Origin: Amoebidium appalachense
Taxonomy: Eukaryota > Protista > Ichthyosporea
Assembly (NCBI GenBank): GCA_963693365.1
Contig: CAVNZM010000006.1
Span: forward strand, 3,410,001 to 3,474,000
Length of the DNA: 64,000 nucleotides
Direction: 5' to 3'
Shown here: positions 63,458-64,000 of the stretch, piece by piece
How the letters are laid out: each line of letters opens with the position of its first letter
Position numbering within the stretch: the first letter of the stretch is position 1
Position numbers and translations under genes: made by a program
Notes under the pieces: model-generated
Told to the model about the DNA's origin: nothing
The model's database searches: none
What the model saw: only the letters and a program-made list of their open reading frames with translations

Positions 63458-63960
63458 CTGAAGGGTACAAGGTGAGCATGGGCACCTAGGGACTTGTTGC
63501 GGATAGATCGTCAGGGGAGCCAGGTAAATGGACGGATTTTCGGGTTGTGTCACAGCGCAATCAATCAATGAATCGGTTGTGGGGAGCGGTGGAGGGGATA
63601 TGAATGTGTGTGTAGTTGGTGGGAAAGGTGTGACGTTGGTTGCATGGGGAGAGCGGGGGGAGGGGGGGGGGAGGGGGGGAGGGGGGGGGGGCAAGGAGGA
63701 GGACTTGTAACCGAATGCTCATGACCAAAGGCAAAAACACAGTCACGGAATCTTCCTGCACACCTCCCCGTGCACCAGTTTTTTTCAACACACACAAGTT
63801 GCCCACCTCAAACACAACAACAAGAGCCATTTTAGCTTGGACATGTATACAACTTTGCCCCTCTTCTCCTCCACCTCCCCCCCCCCTCCCGCCCGCCGCA
63901 CACGCACACACACATACACGCACACACAACACGTGACGCGCACATGCGCACACACAAACA

Positions 63961-64000
<40 letters not shown>

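Overview
Eukaryotic, intron-rich genomic DNA, saturated with poly-G/poly-C and (GT)/(CA)/(GA) microsatellites, so most ORF-track entries are artefacts. Gene content suggests a unicellular opisthokont or fungus-like lineage (inference). Left to right: a broken equilibrative nucleoside transporter pseudogene; two nested Ty1/copia remnants; a 3-exon orphan secreted protein; a 4-exon ferric reductase preceded by a mirrored CCAAT/E-box module; a spliced and an intronless MYND-finger gene; a ~3.45 kb piggyBac-like element with palindromic subterminal motifs; and a ~40-exon minus-strand gene (34582 to beyond 64000) resembling fungal DUF3684 proteins, with a CUE-like domain and a C-terminal HExxH motif. 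The most notable signals are the strand-polarised (CA)n/poly-C intron architecture, the piggyBac-like element next to the intronless MYND gene, and the mirrored regulatory module. All family assignments come from motifs recognised by eye, not from database searches.
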